A stretch of 64,000 nucleotides of DNA, taken from assembly GCA_035457485.1 (NCBI GenBank), contig DATIBO010000006.1:370659-434658 (forward strand), in the 5' to 3' direction. Origin of the DNA: Candidatus Saccharimonadales bacterium (GTDB lineage Bacteria > Patescibacteriota > Saccharimonadia > Saccharimonadales > EFPC-124). Numbering within the stretch: position 1 is the first letter of the stretch; each line of letters begins with the position of its first letter. The position numbers were made by a program, and so were the translations under genes. The notes beneath the pieces are model-generated. The model had not been told where the DNA came from and did no database searches. It was given only the letters and a program-made list of their open reading frames with translations. Positions 26,615 through 36,557 of the stretch are shown here, one piece after another.

Positions 26615-26667
26615 GGTATTGAGGGATGCGAGCGGCGAAATAGAACGCCGGCCCGCACCCCTGCTAC

Positions 26668-26832
26668 TCACGAGGCGAGGGAGGAGAAAAAGTCTCCGAA
26701 GCCCTCGGCGATGTCGATGAGCGTTCCGAACACCGACTTGACCACGTTGGCAGCACCGCTCGGGTTGTTGACAACCCAGGCAATTCCCAGGATCAGCAAG
26801 ATCCACGGCAGGAACTTTTTAAACTTGGCCAC
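26668..26832 (-). CDS. cassette H1: tiny single-TM protein (54 aa), below the track cutoff
   Basis: My own translation of the minus strand is VAKFKKFLPWILLILGIAWVVNNPSGAANVVKSVFGTLIDIAEGFGDFFSSLAS. It has a GTG start after GAAAGG and GC3-rich codons. The track ORF 26588..26806 is the wrong frame. Confidence 0.5.
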   Translation of the reverse strand: MAKFKKFLPWILLILGIAWVVNNPSGAANVVKSVFGTLIDIAEGFGDFFSSLAS

Positions 26833-26930
26833 GATGAGCCTTTCTCGAGAGGTGATCTATTAATATCACAACTAAGCTTTTGCGGCAACTGTTCAATTAA
26901 CAAATCAGCTTATGCTATACTTACCTGTAG

Positions 26931-28202
26931 ATGATTTTTAGTAAGCTCAAAAACGTCATTCCGGGTAGCGGTAACGGAGGGGATCAACACCTCGTAGCGT
27001 TAGATATTGGAACAGGATTTATTAAAGCACTTATCGCCAAAGTTGATGGCGACGATTTACGAATCATAGGCATGGGTCGCGAGAAGCAAGGTTTGAGCGA
27101 CATGCACGCGGGAGCGATCGCAGATATCGGCGCCGTTGTGCGTAATTGCGAAAAAGCTCTAAACGACGCCGAAAATCAGGCCGGCTTGCAGGCAAAACGT
27201 GTGGTAATTGGAATTGCCGGCGAACTTGTAAAAGGGATGACTAGCACGATTCGCTATAAGCGGCCTCAGCCAAATATGCCGCTGGACATGCGTGAAATGG
27301 AATTTATCATCGAAAAGGTTCAGGAACGCGCGCAAGCTAAAGCGCAAAAACAGATTGCCTGGGAGACCGGCAACGACGATGTCGAGATTAAACTGGTTAA
27401 CAGTGCAATTGTGAGCATACACATCGATGGGTATAAAGTTTCTAACCCAATTGGTTTTCAGGGTAAAGATGTAGCTATTCAAATTTACACAGCTTTTGCG
27501 CCAATGGTTCATATTGGAGCGCTGGAACGAACTGCTCAAGAATTAGATTTAGATTTAATTGCAGTGGCCGCGGAGCCTTTTGCGGTTAGTCGCAGTGTTC
27601 TAGGAACTGATGCAAGTACAAATTTTACGGCAGTTTTAGCCGACGTAGGCGCTGGAACGACCGATATTGCCGTTGTTAACGACGGTGGCGTCGAAGGCAC
27701 GAAAATGTTTGGAATCGGCGGCCGCAGCTTTACGCGCACAATTGCTACTGACCTTGATTTGCCTTACGATGATGCCGAAAAATTGAAACTTCACATTGAG
27801 GAGCCTAATTTAAAAGCGGACATTAAGAGCAAGGTTGAAGATTCCATTGATAAGACTTTGGATGTTTGGATTAACGGAGTAGAGCTTGCGCTTAGTGAGT
27901 TCGATGCGATTGATCATTTGCCGAATCGTATATTACTTTGTGGTGGCGGATCATCACTAAAAAAACTTGTGACGGCACTTGAGACTCGTGATTGGTATAA
28001 AGAGTTGCCATTTACTCGTAAGCCCAGTATTCATCACATAAAACCAACCGACGTGGCCGGAATTATTGACGAAACGGGCAATGTAAACGATCATACATAC
28101 ATAACCGCAATGGGTTTGCTCCGAGTAGGATATGATACGATTGTAGGCAGTGCCGGCCCCGAGGGCGTAAAAGAAACATTTAACAGAATTTTAAGGGTAT
28201 AA
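26931..28202 (+). CDS. ftsA: FtsA/PilM-family actin-like ATPase (probable cell-division protein FtsA)
   Basis: Phosphate-binding motifs ALDIGTGFIKALIA and ADVGAGTTDIAV. Confidence 0.75.
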   Translation: MIFSKLKNVIPGSGNGGDQHLVALDIGTGFIKALIAKVDGDDLRIIGMGREKQGLSDMHAGAIADIGAVVRNCEKALNDAENQAGLQAKRVVIGIAGELVKGMTSTIRYKRPQPNMPLDMREMEFIIEKVQERAQAKAQKQIAWETGNDDVEIKLVNSAIVSIHIDGYKVSNPIGFQGKDVAIQIYTAFAPMVHIGALERTAQELDLDLIAVAAEPFAVSRSVLGTDASTNFTAVLADVGAGTTDIAVVNDGGVEGTKMFGIGGRSFTRTIATDLDLPYDDAEKLKLHIEEPNLKADIKSKVEDSIDKTLDVWINGVELALSEFDAIDHLPNRILLCGGGSSLKKLVTALETRDWYKELPFTRKPSIHHIKPTDVAGIIDETGNVNDHTYITAMGLLRVGYDTIVGSAGPEGVKETFNRILRV

Positions 28203-28203
28203 C

Positions 28204-29847
28204 GTGCAAAAAGATGTAATTTACATCGACACAGAAGACGACGTAACCGCCATAATTGGCAAAGTTAAGGCCACTAAAAATAAGATTGTCGCGCTAGTTC
28301 CGCCAAAACGAATCGGCGTTTTGCAGAGTGCCGTTAACTTGAAATTGTTGCAAAAAGCGGCGGCAGGTTCACAAAAACACATCGTGTTAATTACTAACGA
28401 ACACAGTTTGGTTGCGCTTGCGGCTGGTTTGAGTATGCCTGTGGCAAAAAATCTGCAATCTAAGCCCGAAATTCCAAAAATTGATCTTTTGAACGACACC
28501 GAAGAAGAAGTTATTGATGGAGAATCGATCCCAGTTGGCGATTTTGCCAGTAAGATTGGTTTGGCTGCGGCGGTTAAAAAAGATAAATCGGCGGCAGATG
28601 AAATTAGTGAAAAAGTGGATATCGGTGAAGTCGCGGTAGAAGCGGTTAAAGAGGGAAAGGGCAAGGTTAAGTCTGCGGTTCCAAACTTTAACACCTTTCG
28701 TAAAAGATTCTTTTTGATAGGTGGTGGTGTTTTGGTTTTGATTTTGTTCATGGTGTGGGCATTTGTGTTTGCGCCACGCGCCACAGTTACAATTACTGCG
28801 AGAACTACTGCTGTCAACATAGATAAAAATTTAAAGCTCGACCCATCAATTCAGGCAAGTGATACAAACGCGTTATTACTAAAATCAACCGAACAATCTG
28901 TTAAAAAAACAGTAGCGGTTGAATTCGATGCCACGGGCACCAAAGAAATTGGCAATAAATCCAGCGGCACTATAACAATCCGGAACTGCGATTTTTCGGA
29001 TGACACGGTAATTCCTTCCGGAACAAAGTTCACCGCCACGGGTGGGCAGGTTTTCGTGAGCACCCAATCTGTAACCGTGCCGGACTTCACAGGGCCTTCT
29101 AGTTCGTGTACACAGGCAGGATCTGAATCTGGTAAGGCGACCGTTTCGGTTGAGGCTACGGCCGTTGGTCCAGACTACAACATTGCTGCACAAGCCTACT
29201 CGATTAGTGGTTACTCTAACAAAGTTGATGGCGTGGGATCGGCCATGACTGGTGGGACAAAAGAAACTGTGAAAGTTGTTTCGCAACAAGATGTAGACAA
29301 GGCGCGTGAGCAGTTGCCAAAGCCAGATGACAATGCGGCTAAAGTTGAATTAAAACAATTATTTACTGCTGATCAAATTGTGATCAATGAGAGTTTTGAA
29401 ACATCGAAAGCTCCCGAGGTTGTTGCTCCAAATGTTGGTGAACAGGCAACTCGAGCCAAACTTAGCCAGGAAACCACTTATAAGCTTACCGGAGTCCAGC
29501 GCACAGATGTTGATGCAATTCTAAAACAAACTGTGGACGCTGTTTTGCAAAGTAAGTCCGATCAACAAGCGTATAGCTATGGTCAAGACACGATTGTATT
29601 TCAAACTTTCCAACGCATCGACGACCATACAGTAATGTCACGAATGGTCACGACAGCTTACATTGGCCCTAGAATTGACACAAACCAGCTGGCGCAACAG
29701 CTAGAGGGTAAGCGCTACGGTGAGATACAGGAGATTGTTAACCTAATTCCAGGTGTAGAAAATGTAGAAATTAATCTATCGCCATTCTGGGTTACTAAGG
29801 CGCCTAAAGCTGAAAAAATAGATATTAAATTTAGCGTAGAGAACTAG
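28204..29847 (+). CDS. hypothetical single-pass membrane protein (547 aa)
   Basis: GTG start 1 nt after the ftsA-like stop. There is a TM helix near residue 170. Composition is native. Confidence 0.65.
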   Translation: MQKDVIYIDTEDDVTAIIGKVKATKNKIVALVPPKRIGVLQSAVNLKLLQKAAAGSQKHIVLITNEHSLVALAAGLSMPVAKNLQSKPEIPKIDLLNDTEEEVIDGESIPVGDFASKIGLAAAVKKDKSAADEISEKVDIGEVAVEAVKEGKGKVKSAVPNFNTFRKRFFLIGGGVLVLILFMVWAFVFAPRATVTITARTTAVNIDKNLKLDPSIQASDTNALLLKSTEQSVKKTVAVEFDATGTKEIGNKSSGTITIRNCDFSDDTVIPSGTKFTATGGQVFVSTQSVTVPDFTGPSSSCTQAGSESGKATVSVEATAVGPDYNIAAQAYSISGYSNKVDGVGSAMTGGTKETVKVVSQQDVDKAREQLPKPDDNAAKVELKQLFTADQIVINESFETSKAPEVVAPNVGEQATRAKLSQETTYKLTGVQRTDVDAILKQTVDAVLQSKSDQQAYSYGQDTIVFQTFQRIDDHTVMSRMVTTAYIGPRIDTNQLAQQLEGKRYGEIQEIVNLIPGVENVEINLSPFWVTKAPKAEKIDIKFSVEN

Positions 29848-29848
29848 A

Positions 29849-30244
29849 GTGTATATTGCTTTCGACGTAGGTGAAAAACGCATTGGTGTCGCATTGGCCG
29901 ATCCGGCAATTAAAGTTACTTGGCCTCTAAAAACCGTTGATGTCACCGAAAATATAAAGCAGGTTTTACAGGACTTAGTGAACGACAGCAGTGTTAGTGA
30001 TATTGTGGTTGGTCGGCCGTTAAATCAGTCCGGCCAGACTACGCGGCAGACAGAAAAAGTTGAAGAATTTGTTCAGGACAACCTAGTCGATCTTGGCCTA
30101 CCAATTCACTGGCAAGAGGAATCACTAACGTCTGTTTTGGCCGAAGAACGTCTGACTAAATCTAAAAAGAGCTTTCAAAAACATGAAATCGACGCTGAAG
30201 CTGCCGCAATTATTTTACAAGATTACCTGGAGACCTTGCATTGA
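29849..30244 (+). CDS. ruvX: Holliday-junction resolvase-like pre-16S rRNA nuclease YqgF/RuvX
   Basis: N-terminal AFDVGEKRIGVALAD motif. Confidence 0.9.
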   Translation: MYIAFDVGEKRIGVALADPAIKVTWPLKTVDVTENIKQVLQDLVNDSSVSDIVVGRPLNQSGQTTRQTEKVEEFVQDNLVDLGLPIHWQEESLTSVLAEERLTKSKKSFQKHEIDAEAAAIILQDYLETLH

Positions 30245-31431
30245 ACGATATTAGGCGATCTCCCAAGCAAATAAAAAAGGCTGATATTTTACCAGCGCCT
30301 AGATCATATGAGGCACCCGAAAGTCAACGATCATCTAGTTCTAAAAAACAGGCTGAATCTATCTTGGGAAATCTTGATTTGCCTAGAGTTGAGCCCGTTA
30401 AACCTACCGAAAAGCGCAAATTAATAAATTGGATAGCAGGCACAATCCTGCTTGGCATATTACTAAGTATGGTAGCGGCCGCGTTTGGTTATTTTTGGTA
30501 TCAAGAAGCATTAAAACCTAAAACTCAGGACTATGTTCAGGTCGAAGTTGAAATACCACAAGGCGCTTCGATAGATCAAAGTTCAGCAATTTTGCAAAAT
30601 TCAGGCGTTGTTAAAAGCTCTCTGGCTACCCAGCTTTACATGACATTTACTGGTAAAACTAGTGTAAAAGCCGGGCATTATTTATTGTCACCTAACCAAT
30701 CGGTTGCCGAAGTCGTTGACTGGTTAAATGAAGGGCGTGTTGACACGATTGAGATTACCATTTTACCGGGTAAAACCCTCGCTGACATTAAAGCCTTATT
30801 CTTAACTTACGGTTATTCTCAGCAAGATATCGACGCTGCCTTTGCGAAAAACTATCAGTTCGATCTTTTCGAAGGCAAGCCAGCCGATGCTAATCTCGAG
30901 GGTTATATTTATCCTGACACGTATTTTGCTTTATCGGGCGACTCCGTAGAAGACGTGCTAAGTAGTGCATTTGCTGAATTTGATGCGCTTATTAAGCAAA
31001 ATAACTTAAAAGAGCAACTTGCGCGGCAAGGTCTTAATCTTTATCAAGGCATAACGTTGGGTTCGATTGTCTACAAAGAAGTTAATGGTCCAGAAGATCA
31101 ACGCAAAGTGGCTCAAGTATTTTTAAAGCGTATGTCCGAGGGTATGCCTTTAGGATCTGATGTAACTTTTATTTACGGCGCTAAGCTTTTGGGTGTAGCG
31201 CCAACTCCAACACTTAATTCACTTTATAACACTCGTATTGTATTAGGTTTGCCACCGGGACCGATAAGTAATTTTACGATTGGCGCGCTCGAGGCCGTAG
31301 CCAATCCCGCTAACACCGAGTATTTATATTTTGTCGCCGGCGATGATGGCATTACGCGCTTTTCTTATACAAATGAAGAACATGAGCAAAATGTAAACTT
31401 GTACTGTCGAGTTTTGTGCGAGCTTGAGTAG
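30241..31431 (+). CDS. mltG: endolytic murein transglycosylase (YceG-like)
   Basis: N-terminal TM segment, plus GSIVYKEV and YNTRIVLGLPPGPISN. Confidence 0.9.
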   Translation: MNDIRRSPKQIKKADILPAPRSYEAPESQRSSSSKKQAESILGNLDLPRVEPVKPTEKRKLINWIAGTILLGILLSMVAAAFGYFWYQEALKPKTQDYVQVEVEIPQGASIDQSSAILQNSGVVKSSLATQLYMTFTGKTSVKAGHYLLSPNQSVAEVVDWLNEGRVDTIEITILPGKTLADIKALFLTYGYSQQDIDAAFAKNYQFDLFEGKPADANLEGYIYPDTYFALSGDSVEDVLSSAFAEFDALIKQNNLKEQLARQGLNLYQGITLGSIVYKEVNGPEDQRKVAQVFLKRMSEGMPLGSDVTFIYGAKLLGVAPTPTLNSLYNTRIVLGLPPGPISNFTIGALEAVANPANTEYLYFVAGDDGITRFSYTNEEHEQNVNLYCRVLCELE

Positions 31432-31487
31432 TTAACTATATTACGTAATATATTGACACTTTAGGCAATAACGACTAGAATTGATAT

Positions 31488-31706
31488 ATGCACTTGAGGT
31501 AGGGTGGGATACCTAAAACCTTAAGGCTCTTCCGTAGCCCCAAAAGCGAGTAAATTACAAATTAGTAATTAAAGGCGGCCGCACGGAAGTGAATCCTGGC
31601 AACAGGCATTCCGGAGAAGCATATTATTACCCAACGTGTACGAGAAAAATTCTCGAACATATTACCAAAACGTGATTCGACTTTCGTAGTCGATAGTGAT
31701 GGTAAT
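31488..31706 (+). promoter_or_regulatory. long structured 5' leader; candidate ydaO-type (c-di-AMP) riboswitch
   Basis: The promoter is TTGACA-17-TAGAAT (31453-31481), followed by a ~220-nt leader. Two similar half-elements are present: GGUAGGG..CCGUAGCCCCAAAAGCG and ACGGAAGUGAAUCC..CCGGAGAAGC. The downstream gene is a LysM-CHAP hydrolase, a typical ydaO regulon member. Confidence 0.35.
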
Positions 31707-32792
31707 TTGGTAACACCAGAGACGCGCAACAGCTCTCGCAATAAAAAATTGAATATTGCTCTGCTCAGTTCCCATGTAGCAGTTGTACTTGGTATTATCG
31801 GTCTAATTGGCCTTAACTATCGCGCGCCCGTCGAAGCGGGCAGTTCTTCACAAGCACGTTCGTTCGGTGTGTTAGACGAAGCCGCTGCTCCTTCAGTTGA
31901 CCAAATTGTGGCAGCGGACGTTGCTACGGCCGTTGCTCAGGTAGCTAAACTGCCTGTGGAGTCTAACGTTCAAAGCCTGTCTATTTCGCTTGCTGGTAAA
32001 ACCGAGCTTGCGCAAACCGAGTCTGACTATGTAACTAAACCTCAGATCGTGCAAACCGAAACAGGCCGAGCACCGATCACTACTTACGTTACTGTGGATG
32101 GCGACAATGTTAATTCGGTGGCCGCTAAATTTGGAATCTCAGAAGATACAGTTCGTTGGGCTAACAACCTAACTTCCGACGCCTTGACCTCTGGTAAAGA
32201 GTTGAAAATTGCTGGCACAACGGGTGTAGTTTACACTGTTAAAGCAGGTGACGCTGTCGACGGCTTAGCATCAAAGTACCAAAGTGACAAAGATCGAATC
32301 GTCTCTTATAACGACCTCGAGCTAAGTGGTTTGATCGTGGGCTCTCAAATTGTCTTGCCTGGTGGTGTGTTGCCTGAAAACGAGCGTCCCGGTTATGTTG
32401 CTCCGCGCACTTCCGGAAGTGTTAACGTAGCTTACGTGGCCGTTCAGCCTACAGTTTACGCAGGAAATAAGTACGCCTATGGGTACTGTACTTGGTATGC
32501 ATACAACAGGCGTGCGGAACTGGGTCAACCAATTGGTAGTAACTGGGGCAACGCCGCTACTTGGGCAACTTACGCGCGCGCTGGCGGATTCCGAGTTGAC
32601 AAAACTCCTGAACCAGGAGCTGTATTCCAGACTGCTGCAGGATGGTATGGATTTGGTCACGTTGGTATCGTCGAGCGTGTAAACGGCGACGGAAGCTTTG
32701 TGACTAGTGAGATGAACTATGGTGGTTGGAACCGAATTTCTAGTCGAACAATTTCTGCTGCTGAAGCTGGCCAGTACAACTACATCCACTAG
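31707..32792 (+). CDS. secreted peptidoglycan hydrolase with two LysM domains and a C-terminal CHAP domain
   Basis: LysM segments are VTVDGDNVNSVAAKFGISEDTVRWANNL and YTVKAGDAVDGLASKY. The CHAP domain shows YGYCTWYAYNRR and GHVGIVERV. The start codon is uncertain. Confidence 0.85.
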   Translation: MVTPETRNSSRNKKLNIALLSSHVAVVLGIIGLIGLNYRAPVEAGSSSQARSFGVLDEAAAPSVDQIVAADVATAVAQVAKLPVESNVQSLSISLAGKTELAQTESDYVTKPQIVQTETGRAPITTYVTVDGDNVNSVAAKFGISEDTVRWANNLTSDALTSGKELKIAGTTGVVYTVKAGDAVDGLASKYQSDKDRIVSYNDLELSGLIVGSQIVLPGGVLPENERPGYVAPRTSGSVNVAYVAVQPTVYAGNKYAYGYCTWYAYNRRAELGQPIGSNWGNAATWATYARAGGFRVDKTPEPGAVFQTAAGWYGFGHVGIVERVNGDGSFVTSEMNYGGWNRISSRTISAAEAGQYNYIH

Positions 32793-32833
32793 TCCTATCG
32801 CAAACTAATTCATAAGATGTTATAATTAGCAAA

Positions 32834-34114
32834 ATGTTTGTTGATAAAGTTTTAGTTAAGGTGATTGCGGGCAATGGCGGAAACGGCGTTGTTAGTTGGC
32901 GCAAAGAAAAATTCATTGATCGCGGCGGCCCAGATGGCGGCGATGGCGGGAGAGGTGGTGATGTTATTTTTGTTGCCGATCCTAACGAAAATACTCTTGT
33001 ATCTTTTAGGTTTAAACAAGAACTTAAAGCGCAAAATGGTGTAAACGGTGCTCATCGCAATCAGCATGGCCGCAATGGTGACGATTTATTTGTTAAAGTA
33101 CCTGTCGGAACACAAGTTTGGCAAGACGATAAAATTATTGCCGACTTAGTTGCCAACGGTCAGCAAGTTGTCATTGCTAAGGGTGGTGATGGCGGTTTTG
33201 GCAACGCTCACTTTAAATCGTCGGTGCGACGTGCCCCAAAAGTTGCGGAAGTCGGTGAGCAGGGTGAGGAAAAAGATCTTACGTTAGAGCTTAAAATTTT
33301 AGCCGATGTTGGTTTACTTGGTTTTCCTAACGCAGGAAAATCAACGTTTTTATCCGTTATTAGCAATGCAAAGCCTGAAATCGGCGATTATGCTTTTACA
33401 ACGTTAACTCCAAACCTAGGTGTCGCGGTTATCGATAATTCTAGTTTGTTGGTGGCGGATATTCCTGGATTGATCGAAGGTGCAAGCCAAGGCAAAGGTT
33501 TGGGTGATGCTTTTTTGCGACATGTCGAGAGAACCGAAGTTCTGATCCATCTAATTGATATTTACGAAGATGATGTTGCAAAAGCATATCAAACTATAAA
33601 TGCTGAGCTCGTGGCTTACAATAAACAGATGTCGAAACGTCCGCAGATTGTGGCTTTGACTAAAATTGAAGGTTTGCCGCAAGACGGAATTGACCAAAAA
33701 ATCGCCGAACTTAAAAAAGTAGTGCCGAAAGGAACGCAGATTTTTGCGATTTCGTCGCAGGCGCACATTGGTGTGACCGAACTTTTACGAGCTGCACAAA
33801 AATTAGTCACAAAGGTTAAGTCTAAAGCGGCTAAAAATCCTGCTAAAACAGACGAATTACCAACTATTAGCCTTGGTGAACAGCAAAAGGAGAATGCCTG
33901 GAAAGTTACTAAAAAAGAAGGCTACTTTGTGGTTGTGGGTAATAAAATTGAAAAGTTTGCAGCTAGAACCAACTTCGACACGGAGCCTGGTCTGCGCAGA
34001 TTACGTGACATTATGAAAAAAATGGGCATAATGCATGAGCTTGAACGACAAGGTGTGAAACACGGTGATAAAATTGTAATTGGTCGCCGAACTGATTATA
34101 GTTTGACGTTTTAA
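32834..34114 (+). CDS. obg: GTPase Obg/CgtA
   Basis: Gly-rich Obg fold (GGNGGNG, GGDGGRGGDV), plus GFPNAGKST and DIPGLIEGA. Confidence 0.95.
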   Translation: MFVDKVLVKVIAGNGGNGVVSWRKEKFIDRGGPDGGDGGRGGDVIFVADPNENTLVSFRFKQELKAQNGVNGAHRNQHGRNGDDLFVKVPVGTQVWQDDKIIADLVANGQQVVIAKGGDGGFGNAHFKSSVRRAPKVAEVGEQGEEKDLTLELKILADVGLLGFPNAGKSTFLSVISNAKPEIGDYAFTTLTPNLGVAVIDNSSLLVADIPGLIEGASQGKGLGDAFLRHVERTEVLIHLIDIYEDDVAKAYQTINAELVAYNKQMSKRPQIVALTKIEGLPQDGIDQKIAELKKVVPKGTQIFAISSQAHIGVTELLRAAQKLVTKVKSKAAKNPAKTDELPTISLGEQQKENAWKVTKKEGYFVVVGNKIEKFAARTNFDTEPGLRRLRDIMKKMGIMHELERQGVKHGDKIVIGRRTDYSLTF

Positions 34115-34167
34115 TACGTGCTTAGCTGGTTCACCTTTTTTAGGCAGTTGATGTTACACTTATTCCA

Positions 34168-35574
34168 ATGAGCAATTTCTTTTTTTACGATCTAGAGACC
34201 TCCGGTTTTGACCCCAAAAGTCAGCGTATTATGCAATTTGCTGGGCAGCGGACTGACGAAAATCTAAGTCCAATTGGCGAGCCGGTTAACGTTTTGGTTA
34301 AGCTGACAGACGAAATCTTGCCTGACCCTCAGGCTGTTTTAATCACTGGGATCACGCCGCAGCAGACTTTGCAAGATGGCTACACGGAAGCTGATTTTTT
34401 GAAATTATTACATGATCAAGTTTTTTTGCCGGATACTATAATTTTAGGCTTTAACAGTGTTAGATTCGACGACGAATTTATGCGGTATACACTTTATCGC
34501 AATTTTTATGACCCTTACGAGTGGGCATGGCAGGATGGTCGAAGTCGTTGGGATATGTTAGACGTCGTGCGAATGACTCGTGCGCTGCGGCCAGAGGGCA
34601 TAAACTGGCCGGTCACCGAAGACGGCCAAGCAATAAATAAGCTTGAATTATTATCGAGCCACAATGGGCTAGATCACGAAAAAGCTCACGACGCTCTAAG
34701 TGACGTCCTTGCATTAATCGCTGTGGCAAGACTAATTAAGCAAAAACAGCCTAAACTTTTTGAGTATTTATTAAAAATGCGCAGTAAAAAAGAAGTTGCC
34801 AATTTGGTTAACTTAGATGATCCGCAGCCGTTTATTTATACTTCTGGGCGCTTACCTAAGGGTACCGGCCATACCACGATAGCCTATCCGTTAGCTCCAG
34901 GGGGCACGCCGGGTACTGTGATTGTTTATGATTTGCGTCACGACCCCACAGACTGGGATGAAATGAGCGTAGCTGAACTGCAAGAAGTACGATTCGCTAA
35001 CTACGAAAAACGCCAAATGGAAGGTTTTGTCCCGTTGCCAGCAAAGGAACTTAATTACGGAAAGTGCCCAGCGGTCGCTCCTGTCGGAGTGCTGGATGAA
35101 GCCGCCCGCGACCGTATTAAGATTGACATGAAACTGGTTCAGCAAAACCTGAATAAACTTAAAAGAAGTGGCTTGGCCGATAAACTGCGTGAGGTCTTTG
35201 CTCGCGGTGAGTTTGCTAAAACATCAGATGTGGACGCGCGTTTATATGATGGTTTTGTGGGCGATAAAGATAAAATTAAAATGGCTGCGGTCCGGGCGGC
35301 CGATGAAAAAATACTAGCCGATTTTAATCCTGATTTTACCGATGAACGTCTAAGTGACTTGCTTCTACGCTATAAAGCGCGTAATTTTGCTAAAAGCTTG
35401 GCCGAACACGAGCAAGCAAGCTGGGAATCTTACCGCAAAGAACGCCTGCAACGAGATTTGCCTGTGTTCGCGCAGAACCTGCAGACTCTAGGCTCACAAG
35501 CTCAAACTACAAACTCACACTTTTTGCTCAGCGAACTTCAGCTTTGGGCCGAAAGCATTGCACCGGCTGACTAA
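34168..35574 (+). CDS. sbcB: exodeoxyribonuclease I
   Basis: DEDDh motifs FFFYDLETSGFDP, GFNSVRFDDEF and AHDALSDV. Confidence 0.9.
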   Translation: MSNFFFYDLETSGFDPKSQRIMQFAGQRTDENLSPIGEPVNVLVKLTDEILPDPQAVLITGITPQQTLQDGYTEADFLKLLHDQVFLPDTIILGFNSVRFDDEFMRYTLYRNFYDPYEWAWQDGRSRWDMLDVVRMTRALRPEGINWPVTEDGQAINKLELLSSHNGLDHEKAHDALSDVLALIAVARLIKQKQPKLFEYLLKMRSKKEVANLVNLDDPQPFIYTSGRLPKGTGHTTIAYPLAPGGTPGTVIVYDLRHDPTDWDEMSVAELQEVRFANYEKRQMEGFVPLPAKELNYGKCPAVAPVGVLDEAARDRIKIDMKLVQQNLNKLKRSGLADKLREVFARGEFAKTSDVDARLYDGFVGDKDKIKMAAVRAADEKILADFNPDFTDERLSDLLLRYKARNFAKSLAEHEQASWESYRKERLQRDLPVFAQNLQTLGSQAQTTNSHFLLSELQLWAESIAPAD

Positions 35575-35828
35575 CGCTTTTTTATGTGTTTTTTGTACCA
35601 GGCTAGGATTACCTGAAATTTTTGGATAAACAGCTCTTTAACCTGCCTTGCAGATGTAAACTCGGTTGCTAAAATTGCAAAACCTAAAAATATTGCCGCC
35701 CAACCCGGACCAGGTAGAGCGAGCATGGCAACGCCGGCAACAACTGTTAACCAGCCGGCCACAAACACGAAAATTTTACGCACTGACTGCGGTATTTTTT
35801 TCCAGTTCTGCTCTAGCAAGTTTTTCAT
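35571..35828 (-). CDS. PGPGW-domain small membrane protein
   Basis: Contains ALPGPGWAAIFLGFAILATEF. Confidence 0.7.
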   Translation of the reverse strand: MKNLLEQNWKKIPQSVRKIFVFVAGWLTVVAGVAMLALPGPGWAAIFLGFAILATEFTSARQVKELFIQKFQVILAWYKKHIKKR

Positions 35829-35876
35829 TTAATTGTATTATAACTTAATTATCAAAATTTTGTGAGTCTGGGCATT

Positions 35877-35902
35877 GGGCCAGCGCCTCTCGACGCTGGC
35901 CC
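35877..35902 (-). terminator. GC-rich hairpin 3' of cassette I
   Basis: GGGCCAGCG pairs with CGCTGGCCC. Confidence 0.55.
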
Positions 35903-35915
35903 GCCCACCGAATGG

Positions 35916-36425
35916 TCAGATCGCAATGCCCTCCGCGGTGATGTGCTCTTCCCAGTTCTGGTTAGGGCGAGGCAAAGAGAAGACCAGTTTCCATCCTTCG
36001 AAGCTGCTGGGAGGGCAAACGGTAATATGATCGCACACGATTTTTCCGTGTAGGGAAACTGCTACGGCCTCGACCTGCTCAGCGGTGAACTCGTTGCCGT
36101 ACAGACTGAGAGTACGCCACCAGTTGCGGGGATACCGCGATACCGCGTATTCAACGTAATCGAGCGTGCCAGTGTACGGCATCTCGGTTCCGAAGTAGTG
36201 ACGCAGGGAATCGATTTGAGCATTTAAGTTGGCGCGAGCTACCTTGGCGACACGGATTACACATCCGTCGGCGGAAATCTCGGGCAGAAACCGATTTTGC
36301 TCAATTAGCCACTCTACGAATGCTCCCATTCTTAGTGTGGCGATATTCTCGCGGAACGTCACCACAACGTACCTGTAGTTTACTGTGATCTTGACTGCCT
36401 TGGGCGGTTCGCTGTTCTCTGTCAC
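35916..36425 (-). CDS. cassette I: hypothetical cytoplasmic protein (169 aa), intermediate-to-high GC
   Basis: GTG start in the GGAGTAGCTGTG context, the same string as cassette C. No family recognised. Confidence 0.7.
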   Translation of the reverse strand: MTENSEPPKAVKITVNYRYVVVTFRENIATLRMGAFVEWLIEQNRFLPEISADGCVIRVAKVARANLNAQIDSLRHYFGTEMPYTGTLDYVEYAVSRYPRNWWRTLSLYGNEFTAEQVEAVAVSLHGKIVCDHITVCPPSSFEGWKLVFSLPRPNQNWEEHITAEGIAI

Positions 36426-36451
36426 AGCTACTCCATTCTTTGGGCAAACAT

Positions 36452-36480
36452 ATTTTAAGACTTAAGTTATATTTTGTCAA
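36452..36480 (-). promoter_or_regulatory. sigma70-like promoter of cassette I
   Basis: On the minus strand: TTGACA, 17-nt spacer, TAAAAT. Confidence 0.5.
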
Positions 36481-36557
36481 AAATGCGAGCAATATGGCTG
36501 TATGCAGTCAAGCCTAACCTATCTAAATACTTAATTTTGATGTATAATTTTTGGGTT

